DNA of 63,968 nucleotides, counting the filler, from Craspedostauros australis (Eukaryota), in NCBI GenBank assembly GCA_030167865.1. It is 5 parts of 5 records of this genome, joined end to end, with 100 filler letters (N's around TTAATTAATTAA, not from the genome) between each part and the next. Parts side by side here need not be neighbours in the genome. Positions count along the whole stretch, not along the records: positions 22,598 to 31,949 come from JALAGF010005590.1; positions 32,050 to 60,250 come from JALAGF010005591.1; 3 more parts are not named here. One strand, written 5' to 3'. Positions 23,757-35,425 of the stretch are shown one piece after another (the first letter of the stretch is position 1; every line of letters starts with the position of its first letter). Both the position numbers and the translations under genes were made by a program. Below the pieces are notes generated by a model. That model did not search any database. It worked only from the letters and a program-made list of their open reading frames with translations, and was not told the DNA's origin.

Positions 23757-25059
23757 TCTGTCGAAAGATACGCGGAACCGAAGTTGAAGCCAAGAGATCG
23801 TGCACATCGCCCACATGGTGCATGGTCCGACCTCAGCTCTCTCGTCCATCACCTGAACTTCTCTGCGTAACGCATGTGTCTGACTAGTTCGGGTGGCAGA
23901 ATTGAAGCAGCAAAGACCACACTCATCATCTTGGAGGTGTTTGTACCAACAGTTGTACGAGTAGAGGGAAGTGTGCTTGAACAAGTATAGTAGTGATCGG
24001 AGACCATGGTGTGCGTGGTGTGCTGTGTTGTGGTGAGCGAGTCTGTCGGAATGATTTTGTGACATGTGTCGATCCCAAATTGTGAGCGGATGCAACCATG
24101 ACTTACTCCCCATGGGACTCAGTCCTGAACAACAAAAACAACAATCGGCCAGTTCACGCCATTTGATTTGTTCAGACCACATCATCATCATCAGTGCGCG
24201 GAGAATGTGCACATCCCTCAACGCATGGTCCATCTTGGGACCATGTCCCATGTGCCAAGACATTGCATTGGCAACGCTTCAGCAAAGGCATCGCTCATTC
24301 AGCTAATTCGATCATGGAGCGTTATTCTTATCAGACTCAATTCCAATTTGATCCAACGCATCTGTTTGACTATCACTTCCATCTTGCTGAGTACACACAC
24401 TCTCTCCTCGCAATTACACAGTGCATCGCACTGATCAGACCATCGGCTCTCACACCTCAGTCAACTAATGATAAAACCAAAGTTATTGCATACTCAGAGT
24501 GTCTCTTGGTTGTTGTTGGCAATGTCTCCTTCTTCCACGATCCTCTATTTCTTGGATTTCTGTTGTTGGTTGTTGATGTGGAGGTGGTACGTACCATACA
24601 AGCGAAAAAGCACAGCTCATGGCGCACGTGATCGCGGGGTCAGATCTCTTTCCCACTATCTCTCTTCAGAAACCTTCATGTTGTGGTCTTTGGATGGATG
24701 CTTTGCAGGGTGGTGTTGGTTGTGCCTGATGTCGCCAGGACCTGCGAGTCATTGCTTTCCTGAATGGTCGTACTAGTCGAAGACGAGAATTTTCGGCGAG
24801 GTCGCAGAAGAGAACCCTGTTGCCATTCTTCCTTTGTGTTGTTCGCGCACATTTTCGTGATGGATGAGAACGGAAGGATCCAAGCCAGAACCAGGGGCGC
24901 GACCAGCAGAAGAGGCAAACACAAGCAAACACACACCACACAACCCCATACTCGAGCACATCAACAACAGACATCGAATTGCCACTCATATTCATCACAC
25001 AGTGCATGGTACTCATAATAATACAAGCCATTGAAGACACCACCATCGATATCTCTGCC

Positions 25060-26820
25060 ATGGGTAACTCGAGCTACACTCTTCCTCGACGGCCAATCCA
25101 ACGCCAATCGTCCAACGTCAATCGTCCAGCAACTATCGACCATCCTCTCAAAATGCCGAATGTCACGGACCGACAACTCCTTGATGCTGCCATAGCAGGT
25201 GACTTGTTGGTGTTGAAAGAATGGAAGAAGCAGAACAAGACGCAGCATGAAGAAGTTGATGTCAACAAGGCTACAGACAGGATTGGTTGGACTCCCCTGC
25301 ATTGCGCATGCATGAACGGCCACCTGGAGTGTGTGAAGTATCTCATCAAATCATGCGAGGCAAACATCAACTGTGATGACAACGATGGAAACACTCCCCT
25401 TCATTACGCATGCTTCAACGGCTACCTGGAGTGTGCGAAGCACCTCATCGAATCATGTGAGGCAAACTACAACTGCAAAGGCAACGATGGTTCCACTCCC
25501 CTTCATGTGGCATGTCGCAATGGCAAGCTGGAGTGTGTGAAGTACCTCATCGAATCATGTGAGGCAAACATCAACAGCAAAAACAACAATGGTGACACTC
25601 CCCTCCATGATGCATGCCACAGCAGCAAGCTGGAATGTGTGAAGTATCTCATTTTATCATGCGAGGCGGACATCAACAGCAAAAACAACTATGGCATTAC
25701 TCCCCTTCATGTGGCATGCATGAATGGCCACCTGGAGTGTGTGAAGTACCTCATCGAATCATGTGAGGCGGACATCAACTTCAAAAACAACGATGGAAAC
25801 ACTCCCCTTCATTACGCATGCCACAACAGCCACCTGGAGTGTGTGAAGTACCTCATTGAATCAGGTGGGGCGAGCATCAACTGCAACAACAACAATGGTT
25901 CCACTCTCCTTCATGTGGCATGCATGAACGGCCACCTGGAGTGTGTGAAGTACCTCACCGAATCATGTGAGGTAAACATCAACTGCGAAGACAACGATGG
26001 CGACACTCCCCTTCATCTCGCATGCATGAACGGCCGCCTGGGGTGTGTGAAGTACCTCATCGAATCATGTGAGGCGAATGCCAACTGCAAAAGCAACTAT
26101 GGTGACACTCCCCTTCATCGGGCATGCATCAACGGCCACCTGGAGTGTATCAAGTACCTCATCGAATCATGTGAGGCGAACATTAACTGCAAAAACAACG
26201 ATGGTGACACTCCCCTTCATGATGCATGCATGAACGGCGGGCTGGAATGTGTGCAGTATCTCGTTACATCATGTGAGGCCGACTGCAACTGCAAAGGCTT
26301 CAATGGTTCCACTCCCCTTCATGTGGCATGCATGAATGGCCACCTGGAGTGTGTGAAGTACCTCATTGAATCAGGTGCGGCGAACATCAACTGCAACAAC
26401 AACAATGATTCCTCTCCCCTTCATGATGCATGCATGAACGGCAAGCTGGGATGTGTGAAGTACCTCATCGAATCATGTGAGGTAAACATCAACTGCGAAG
26501 ACAACAATGGTGGCACTCCCCTTCACGATGCATGCCACAACGGCCACCTGGAGTGTGTGAAGTATCTCATCGAATCATGCGAGGCGAGCATCAACTGCGA
26601 CGACAACGATGGAAACACTCCCCTTCATGTGACATGCTTCCGTGGCAACCTGGAGTGTGTGAAGTACCTCATCGAATCATGTGGAGCGAACATCAACTGC
26701 AACAATAACAATGGTGAAACTCCCCTGTGGAAGGCATGCCACAACGGCCAACGGGAGTGCATCGAGTCCCTCATTAGAGGACTTTCGCCTTCAGTCCACT
26801 CACAACTGCAACAACGCTGA
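25060..26820 (+). CDS. Ankyrin repeat protein with 15 near-identical 34-aa repeats
   Basis: xGxTPLHxACxxGxLECVKYLIESCEANINCxxN repeated with an exact 102-bp period. Probable ATG at 25060 (MGNSS) or 25153. Confidence 0.92.
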   Translation: MGNSSYTLPRRPIQRQSSNVNRPATIDHPLKMPNVTDRQLLDAAIAGDLLVLKEWKKQNKTQHEEVDVNKATDRIGWTPLHCACMNGHLECVKYLIKSCEANINCDDNDGNTPLHYACFNGYLECAKHLIESCEANYNCKGNDGSTPLHVACRNGKLECVKYLIESCEANINSKNNNGDTPLHDACHSSKLECVKYLILSCEADINSKNNYGITPLHVACMNGHLECVKYLIESCEADINFKNNDGNTPLHYACHNSHLECVKYLIESGGASINCNNNNGSTLLHVACMNGHLECVKYLTESCEVNINCEDNDGDTPLHLACMNGRLGCVKYLIESCEANANCKSNYGDTPLHRACINGHLECIKYLIESCEANINCKNNDGDTPLHDACMNGGLECVQYLVTSCEADCNCKGFNGSTPLHVACMNGHLECVKYLIESGAANINCNNNNDSSPLHDACMNGKLGCVKYLIESCEVNINCEDNNGGTPLHDACHNGHLECVKYLIESCEASINCDDNDGNTPLHVTCFRGNLECVKYLIESCGANINCNNNNGETPLWKACHNGQRECIESLIRGLSPSVHSQLQQR

Positions 26821-27341
26821 CAACAAAACGAGCAAGAGAATGAACAGCCACAAGAACAGTTGGGACAGCAGTCGAAGCGGAAGAAGCAAGAATGAGCACA
26901 AGCACAATCGCCATAAGAGAACCAACATCAGCACTGGAGAAGACCGGCTGAGATCTTTCTAAACCGAGAACAAGGCCGACACCATCTTTTTGTGGACAGG
27001 GTGATGAACAGCAACCAATCAAGGCAAACGCTGAAGCCCTCAAGATCACCATCCAATCCATTGAGACGGTAATCGACAAAGGAATCCAACATCAGAACTC
27101 GAAGGATGGCACCCAAGACGGCATGGCCCTCATGTAAGTAACTGTCCCTCTTCCCAACCTTCAACCAAAGCACGTCCGACATGTCCTCCAATGTATCTAC
27201 ACAGGCAAGATATCCTTCAACAACAACACTCATGACGGCACTGATGATGATGGCGCAAACCAGCATCTCTTCATGCAACACAACTCTGTTCGATGATGGT
27301 GATGGCAATGGTGACCACTCCAAAAGCGCTACATCCCTTCA

Positions 27342-29596
27342 TTGGTACCACCGACACAAACACCAACCATCGGACAAGATAATGAGTCATCGACATCCAA
27401 GAGGAACTGTGGGAAGGCTCGCCAGTTGCTCCGCACCTTTACCCACTCGTCGTACGATTATGAGTATTACTATGGAACCTTCCATGAGTACGATCGACTC
27501 TGGGAGTTGTCACAGCAAAGCGTCCAGCCTGATAGGTACTCTGTTCAAACCTTTGTGCGGTCATGCGGTCATGACGATCGAAGTTGCTGGAAGAGGACGG
27601 TGTCAGACGGATAGCGGAGAAGCAAACGGAGACCAAGCAACCGCAACCGCAGCAGGCCGATACAAAATCGAAGGCGAGCAAGCCCACTGGCGTCGCCAAA
27701 GAAGCCAGAGCAGCCGCAAAATCAGGTGGTTGTGCGAGCGTCAGCACAGATACACCAAGCAGGGCCAATAGAAGTACCGCAAAAGATGCGAAAGCTTCAG
27801 CTGTGAAACGATCACGTGCGAAGAGTCTGGACATGCTCAACATGCAAACTCATGAGATGTCATTCAGCTCCCTTGATCCCAGCCAGTTCAACGACAACGA
27901 ATCGATACAGGCGCCAAACACCCCAGGTGGACTCAGCTTCGCCACAGCCCCAGCACTCGGCGCAACCTGCGAACGGAGCAGCCAAGACAAGACGAAGCTT
28001 GCCCAGAGTCGGAGATACAGGCCAAGGCCAAGAACGAATTCCAACGGAACGACCAGCAGCGACAAATGGAGGAGCAAGAGTTTGGAATTCTCGAAGGATG
28101 GACACAACATGCCAGGCACATCAGACACATCAGACACATCAGACACACCAGGCGCGATGAGTGCGGCCAGCACCCCTGCTCTATCTCGCATTGCGACAAC
28201 GGAGACGTCACGCAGTGAGAGCCTGGAGCCACTGTCCAATCTGCCAAGTCTCCACGACAGCGTCGACGTTGCGACAAGTGCTGCTGCAACGAATGGTGGG
28301 AGAAGCTTGGCGGTCCCTGTCACGCCTGGAGGTTGGAGCGCGGCATCTACACCAGTCCCCTTCAGCTGCACACATGAAGAGAGACAACAGTCTTCGTCGT
28401 TGAACAAGCGCAGGTCAACGTTGGAAAGTATCCTCAAGGCCAAACGATCATCATTACGTGAAGTGTCGTCGACCAATCCTGCCAAATCGAAGCAGCGGCC
28501 ATCTCTCGAATCCCGATCATCGCAATTGGCCGATCTTGCCTTGACCAAAGCATCCGCAAAGGCACCATCATCGTCGCCATCATCAACACAGTCCAAATCC
28601 AAACTCAATCTTCAACAGTTCGAACGCGAACACGAACACAGAGGTGTCTCGGCCGCACCCCAAGCCTCATCCAGTCCTGGAGCCTTGAGTTTGGGAATCG
28701 AGTTGCAATCGAGCAAGAAGGACCGGGTGGCTCCCTCTTGCAACAGATCCGCACGCAGTTCGTTGCACCCAAGCGAAGACTCAAAGCAACGATGTTCACG
28801 CGGACGAAGCGCGGGTGTTCTGCGTGATGAGAAGCGATCAAGGAAAGGATCTCCAGGGTGCTTGGCAATGGGCCCCGACGTCACCACTCCAGCAAAACAA
28901 GAGACGTGTCATCACCATTGGTATTACCTTCGATATCACCGTCGCCACGGCATCGGCGGAGAAGCGCACAGCACACCAGTGGCAAGCCGCACGCGACATC
29001 GCCAAGATCAAAGAGTGCGGAGCGTTCGCCATCATTGTGTCATCGTCGCGACAGAGAAATCCACACGTCTTTCTCTGGAAGAAGCCGCCGCTCGCCATCG
29101 GCGCGGAGTCATCGAAGCCCGTCCGATCACGGCCATAGAAGAACTGCGCAAGTATCGATGGACTCATCGCCATCATCGCGGAGACAAGGAACATCTGGCA
29201 GTGCGGATGATGTGAACGCAGCCTCGAGTTCACGCGAAACCAACTCAAATGTGCACTCCACTGGTACTGGTTTGCAATGGCGCAACGGCTCACCTTCGTG
29301 AAAGCATGACTGAGGAAGTTCGCGAAGACCAAATCAACGTGACCGTCGCCAATCGACACCACGTGGCAAAGATCAGCGAAGGAAGTCCTCCGATGAACGA
29401 TCACCATCGGCGCGACAACGAAACAGATCAAGAGGATATCGAAATTACAGCGTCGAACGGCACAGTAATGAGTGAGATGACAATGGACGACATGGCAAAC
29501 AACAGCATGGCAACAAACGTTCGTCATCACGCGGGCCCTTCAATCAAATCGCCGTGGACGAAGCAGATCGTCGACACGCGATGCTGTCTACCATGA
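27342..29596 (+). pseudogene. Ser/Arg-rich low-complexity protein split over several frames
   Basis: Overlapping same-strand ORFs 27342-27614, 27584-29215, 28858-29301 and 29249-29596 have continuous composition, with no intron signals noticed at the junctions. Confidence 0.5.
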
Positions 29597-31993
29597 GAAG
29601 CTGTCCGGCACAAAACCACTGCAACTCATATCAAAGAAAGCAGTCAGGAACAAGAGCGCGTCTCAGTGCCGCCATCCCTTGATGAATGGTACCAAAACTC
29701 CCACCTTGTGATGCATCACGACATGATGGGATGGAATGAGATGGATGGGCCGCTCCGTACTCGTATCATACTCATAGAGGTGTGGTAGACTCACGTCGCT
29801 GTAATTTAATACACCTACGAATAGACTGCAAATATCTATGTATGGTTGGAACAGTACCGCATGCACTATATCTGCTTGTGCAATAGAACGCTGTGATGAA
29901 GTCACCGGATGTTTCAAGAGATTGAAGGGCTGGATACTGCTGCCACGCTGCCTCCACCTTGTGTACGACGAGTCTGGTCCGCTCTCTGCGGTACATACGC
30001 ACACAGGGATGTTGCTGATGTCATTTATGAGCATATTGGACGTCCGTGGTTCCATCCACGCTCCGCCATCAACATCATTGTTGGTTCATTGCGCAGACAA
30101 TGGACGCAAGGCAGCAGCATGTTCACAAGCTGTGCGGTCGTTGCAGTGCGGTCGTCACCGTGCCACCGAATTCACACATAAAGCACTCTCCACTCCAAGT
30201 CGCACACTGCCAAGCCGATTCAAAGCTACAGTGCCGATGCCAGCCGATCCAAGTTTGTGGAAGAGACGATCTACGAAGAGCACATGGCGAACAAGGCAGA
30301 GGGAAATGATGGGAAGCCGCGAGGGGCATGGTTGTTGCACGGTTCCATCGACCGTCCCGTATCGCCCTATTGTCCTCATCTCACCAGGAGTTGCACTCTC
30401 GTCATTGTGCCAAAACTGCAGCTGAGACCCTCACCAAGTCCCAGGAGGAGTGATCACTCGCCGTTGAAGCAACAAATGCCAGGGTCACCATCCATTCCAA
30501 TCTTCGAAGCAAGCAATGCCAGCGTGGCGGAAGGGCAAGAATTGACGAGCCAGCGCAGTCCAAGCATCCAGAGAGCTTGACGAGCACAAGAAAAAAACAA
30601 CCAACCAACCAACAAGCAACCCCATGCAGAGTGCGAGTGCCGTATTGCTGATCATGGTTGACACAGAGATCCATTTTGGTACAAGAAGCACACGGTCAGC
30701 GATCCATGGCCCATGGATACCGTATCCCCACATGTCCTCCTTCGTGGTGCTCCCAACTTCGTTCGTGAGGTGGATGTTCCTGTCGATCACGGTTGAGCAT
30801 CGATGCTCTGGAAGTCACGAGCCAAGATGGCGGCGCTCGTGCCTCAGGATAGAACGAGCATGGTATTGTATGTTCGTAGTCCATGCAGCAGGGACAGTGG
30901 AGGCGGCACGGTATCGATCTGCCTGTTGATTGCTGAAGGTGCCAACCCATCCCAATACGCAATGGGGTGTTGGTTGGATGTTGAGGACTCTTGTTGCCTG
31001 TGCGGATGGTGATGGTTGCAATGCGGTGGGATGGCAACCAGCCAAATCCAAATGGGATGGGTCGCAACCAACAAACACAACCAACCAACGCAGTCACATC
31101 GGTGGCTTCATGGTTGTTCGAGGCATTGGTTCGCGCCTCAAGTTGGTGCTTGCAATGGCAGGTGGACGAGGGACAGTGGTCTTGCAGATGCCACGATAAC
31201 ACAAGCAAGCGTGGGTCATGGTGTACATGGTGGTGGTGGCGATGACAGCTCCCTCTCTCTCTCTGTCTCACTGTCTCTCTGTGTTTCTGTCTCCAGAGAC
31301 TTCCACGTCATTTGCTTCGGATTGAAGTGGTGTTGATTGTGACTGAAGTTGGGTTGTTGGAGGCAGCCCCAAACCACAACACTGTTCAGACCGATGGAAA
31401 CACTCAACGACCATTTCGAACCATTGGCGTGTCACCATCAATGATCTTTCGCATTCGTTGTGCTTCGACAGATGTCCAAACAATCGTTGATCTTCGATGA
31501 TCTTACTCATAGTCGAATCAGTCGAAGATTCTCGTTTTCCACAATGCCACACAACAGAACCCTGTTGTTGTCAGAATCCTCTGTTGTCTTCCTTCTTGGT
31601 GTTGTTCATGTACTAGCTGCACTCAATGTAAAACGGTGTCGCGATAGCACTAGTTGTAGAGTTTTGGCCCCTTGTTGCCACTGGTTTGCTTGCTTTTGGG
31701 AGAAACGGCGATTGTATATTTAGAGCTATTTCGTGTTTACTCTCGCTGATCCGTCGTCTACGTCACAGGGAACGGATTCCACGTCATGAAAAACGAGTCA
31801 CAACAGAGGAAGAGACATCGTGTGACTCTTCCTCTGCAAGACAACGTGATGACCGTGTGCAGCAACAACAGAATGTGCCATGCCAGGACAGCCAACATGA
31901 GTCCGCGTCAACCAATCTCACAATGGAAACCAGCAACATCCAATCGTCTNNNNNNNNNNNNNNNNNNNNNNNNNNNNNNNNNNNNNNNNNNNN

Positions 31994-32005
31994 TTAATTA
32001 ATTAA
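31994..32005. other. Artificial contig linker TTAATTAATTAA
   Basis: Same linker flanked by N runs. Confidence 0.95.
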
Positions 32006-33006
32006 NNNNNNNNNNNNNNNNNNNNNNNNNNNNNNNNNNNNNNNNNNNNTGTGCAACTTTTGATTGTTGTAACTAGATGAATCCTGCTGATGGAATGCAA
32101 CAAGCCAACTGGCAAGAGAGTTGGAACAACATCCGCAACCCCCCTTCGAAGAGAGGGGAACATGCTGGCTCTGCGGCTGTCGAATGTGTGGAATCGCATG
32201 GAGAGGCGAAGGATCCGTGGACCAGAATGAAAAAAGCCAAAAAACAACAAGATGCGGTCCGTGCACAACACGATAATGAGCAAAAAAGCCACAAGTTGTT
32301 TTGGAAAATACGCAAGAATTTTTCGCCATTTGGTGGCCCGCATCCCTTTTCGACTTTCGTTTTGCTTCGTCGCAATTTGAAAAAAACGCCGTTTTCCCTT
32401 GCTCTCCCCAGCAGAGAGAGAGAGGGAACATCAAAGAGTTCTCTCTGAACCCGTCTGAGAGTGGTTCCAGTGACACCAGTTGCATGGCTCTGGAGGAACA
32501 ACAGAACTCACGAACCACCCACGAGCACGAGCACGAGCACGAGCACGGGCTACCGCACACACTCTGCCATACTCGCGTGGGGACTCTGTTCGGCTCCGCA
32601 GTGACGCTCCGCTGTACATGCACGCTGATACTCGTGGCCACCGGAACAGGTATCAGCGCGACAGTGAGCAGTTCCCTTCCTCCCCAAGGTCTGCTCCTCG
32701 GGCTCTGGGTGCAGCTCGTCCATCTTCGACGCTTCAGCCTGCATCCCTGCAGTTCGGTCAGTCGAGCCATTGAGCCATTGTGCCATTGATCGACCAAGGC
32801 TCTCCATCGTCCAGTCGCTCTTCCGCTTTCTCAAGATCGTAATCTCCACCACCGTCGTCGTTGCCACTCTCGGTGGGATCCAAGCACCATTCGGAGGCTG
32901 GTAGAGGCGCCACACGTCAACCGCAAGGCCAAGCGTGCAAACAGGAAAGGAAGACAACGAGAACAGGAAGACCAGCAGCAGCAGCAACAACAGCAGCAGT
33001 GCCATC

Positions 33007-34707
33007 ATGACACGTCCGGGGGGTATCGAACGAGTTCTGTACAATCTCCACCGTCGCGTGTGCAACTTCAGCTTGCGCCACACCTCCAACCACACGAGAA
33101 GATGGCTGGAGCACCTTTGGCTGGTGCTGGCGATCTGCGGCTTCGGGGGTCTCATCCTGCTGCACCTATGCTTCGTGTACAGACCCAACGTCAACAACGT
33201 ATCGACCCAGTGTCTCAGGTCCATTCCAGGCTTCATTGAGGATGCGGACGTCACGCACATCGTCCTGCTGCATCAAAGCGCCCTCACGGCCCCAGCCACA
33301 AGCGACAACACCAGCAACACGGCTGGTACCATGTGTGCCACGAGTCGTGTCATTGTCCATGAACCCATGGATGCCTCCAGCTCCATCCACTTCCAGAGCA
33401 TCAAGCAATGGCAATCGAAGGAACGATACCTTGTCGTGGACGAATCGACCGCGACTACATCAGATGGTCCAAGGCAGGGTGATGACGCCCATGACGAATC
33501 TATCGGATCCGACGGCAGCAGCGACAGCGACACGTCAGACAGCAACAGTAGCAATGGCGACATCGATGGCGCGTGCGGCATCACCAACGAGGCTGGTGTG
33601 ATACAGGTTGCGGGCAGTATCCAGTACTCATTCTCGGACAACCGCGCGTACCTGCAGCTGTCTCACGATGACAACATGCAGCAGTATCTCAAGAGACAGT
33701 ACGCCATCATATCGCCAAGGGACATGAACTGCTTTGGCGAACCCTTCTTGCAGACCATTCTGTGGAACGTCGTGGGAACGGACACTGTCATCATCAACTG
33801 GTTGCTTGCCGTCGTCAACAGACCACCGCAGTTACACAGACGTCTCCCTACCAATACCGAAGGGGAACGCACCACAATTCCGGCTGCTGCTGGTCCACAA
33901 GCGCCAACATTGGAGGCGGCGACAAACGGGGAAGAAGGAAAGGAGGAAGTGCAAGAGGTGGAAGCGACGAAGCAGACAACGCCGACATGGCAGAGCCACG
34001 TGAACAAAGATGGGCCGTTTGTCTACCACTCGCGCAGCCACAAAATATACAACGCGTTCATCTGGGAAAGGGATTACTTGAACGTCATGCAACGGGTTCT
34101 GCTGCTCATCCAGACGGCATTTCTCTTCGTCACAACGACGACGATGGTCTCGTTCACCCTCCGGGAAACGCAAGAGCGCATGCTCGAGTTCACCCAGGAG
34201 CTCAACCGCCGCGTCCAAGGGCGCGAACCTGTCCGGAAGCTGGTGTCATCGCACCTCATGCAGAACCTCATCTTCTGCCCCATCATGGTGGGCATGCTGT
34301 TCTTCCTCATCGAGTTCTACGACGGCGACAAGTTCCTGGCCTTCCTGGTCATGACCATGATCTGGATAGCAGAGGTCTTCTCCGTCATCAGCCTGCGCAG
34401 CATCCAGGGCATCACGTTCTTCCCCCGCATCTTCTTCCTCCTCTTCTGCCTCTTCCACGTCTACTACTTCGCCTACCCGCTGGGATTCGGGTACACCGCT
34501 ATGGGCACGGTCAGCTGCTTCATCCTGCACTCCATGCTCTTCTTCTGGCACAGGTACGAGCTGCCCGCGGTCGCGCTCGGTTGGGTGGACGCGCAACGGC
34601 CAAGGATGATGACATCGTCGTCCGACAATTCGCAACTGGTGGAAAGCAATCGCATCCATGTTCACGCCCACGCACCCACCCTCTCCAACGTCCAGGAGCA
34701 GAGATGA
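33007..34707 (+). CDS. Membralin (TMEM259-like) ER membrane protein
   Basis: LILLHLCFV TM, YSFS..RAYLQL, CFGEPF, GTDTVIIN, VSFTLRETQERM, FFPRIFFL and HSMLFFWHRYELPA, all typical of membralin. Confidence 0.88.
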   Translation: MTRPGGIERVLYNLHRRVCNFSLRHTSNHTRRWLEHLWLVLAICGFGGLILLHLCFVYRPNVNNVSTQCLRSIPGFIEDADVTHIVLLHQSALTAPATSDNTSNTAGTMCATSRVIVHEPMDASSSIHFQSIKQWQSKERYLVVDESTATTSDGPRQGDDAHDESIGSDGSSDSDTSDSNSSNGDIDGACGITNEAGVIQVAGSIQYSFSDNRAYLQLSHDDNMQQYLKRQYAIISPRDMNCFGEPFLQTILWNVVGTDTVIINWLLAVVNRPPQLHRRLPTNTEGERTTIPAAAGPQAPTLEAATNGEEGKEEVQEVEATKQTTPTWQSHVNKDGPFVYHSRSHKIYNAFIWERDYLNVMQRVLLLIQTAFLFVTTTTMVSFTLRETQERMLEFTQELNRRVQGREPVRKLVSSHLMQNLIFCPIMVGMLFFLIEFYDGDKFLAFLVMTMIWIAEVFSVISLRSIQGITFFPRIFFLLFCLFHVYYFAYPLGFGYTAMGTVSCFILHSMLFFWHRYELPAVALGWVDAQRPRMMTSSSDNSQLVESNRIHVHAHAPTLSNVQEQR

Positions 34708-35425
34708 CATCCTGCATAGAGTAGAGGACGCTGGAGCGAAATGAACGGATCTGGTGGATGGACGATAGGCTGCTCGATCGATTGAGCGGCTGGTCGGAGT
34801 GGACGAACGAGTTCGCGGCTGCGTGAATGACCGCAGGACCGCCAGAACAATTACATGTATTGGGGTCATGACCCGTTGGTAAGACAAGTGCAGAGCGGAG
34901 TACAGGCTACTCTGCTCTAATACATATGCAAATCATGAATCTAGATAAACGCATAGTGCCACTGAGCATACTATTACACTCTATTGCAACGTGGAGTACT
35001 CCATCCCTGCTGCGACGTCTTGCATCTTCTGTCGGGAAGGGAGGTGACGATGGAAGTGGAGCCGTTGTCCCATGGTTCTCCTCGTTTCTGGGCAATCCCG
35101 TATTCACGACTGACAATCAATGTCCATATTAGAACTATATAAGTACATTGGAAACAACAAAGACCAAAACACAGACGCAAACGAAGCCAAAATCGTGGAG
35201 CGAAATCACGCAAAGAAGAAGCAGGCAACCAGGTGTTGGAGGTAACCGAACAAGGGGGTCAGAGACAGAGAGACTGCTCCTTCGGATGATCCATCCGGCT
35301 TCCTCCTTGTCGTGTCCTGTGGCATCTCATCAAGAGGATTGCACCACACTACTACGAATACTCGTAAGACTATTGCAGTGCAGTGCATTGCATCTCTATA
35401 CATCCCTCGTGCGACGACAGCGATC

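Noticed and set aside
25282..26790. CRISPR array or TALE-like DNA-binding repeats (34-aa period)
   Set aside because: The region is a continuous ORF with the ankyrin TPLH consensus. There are no unique spacers, no cas genes and no TALE consensus.
29663..31949. Short ORFs as genes
   Set aside because: No recognisable motifs or consistent codon bias. They may be decayed sequence but cannot be supported.
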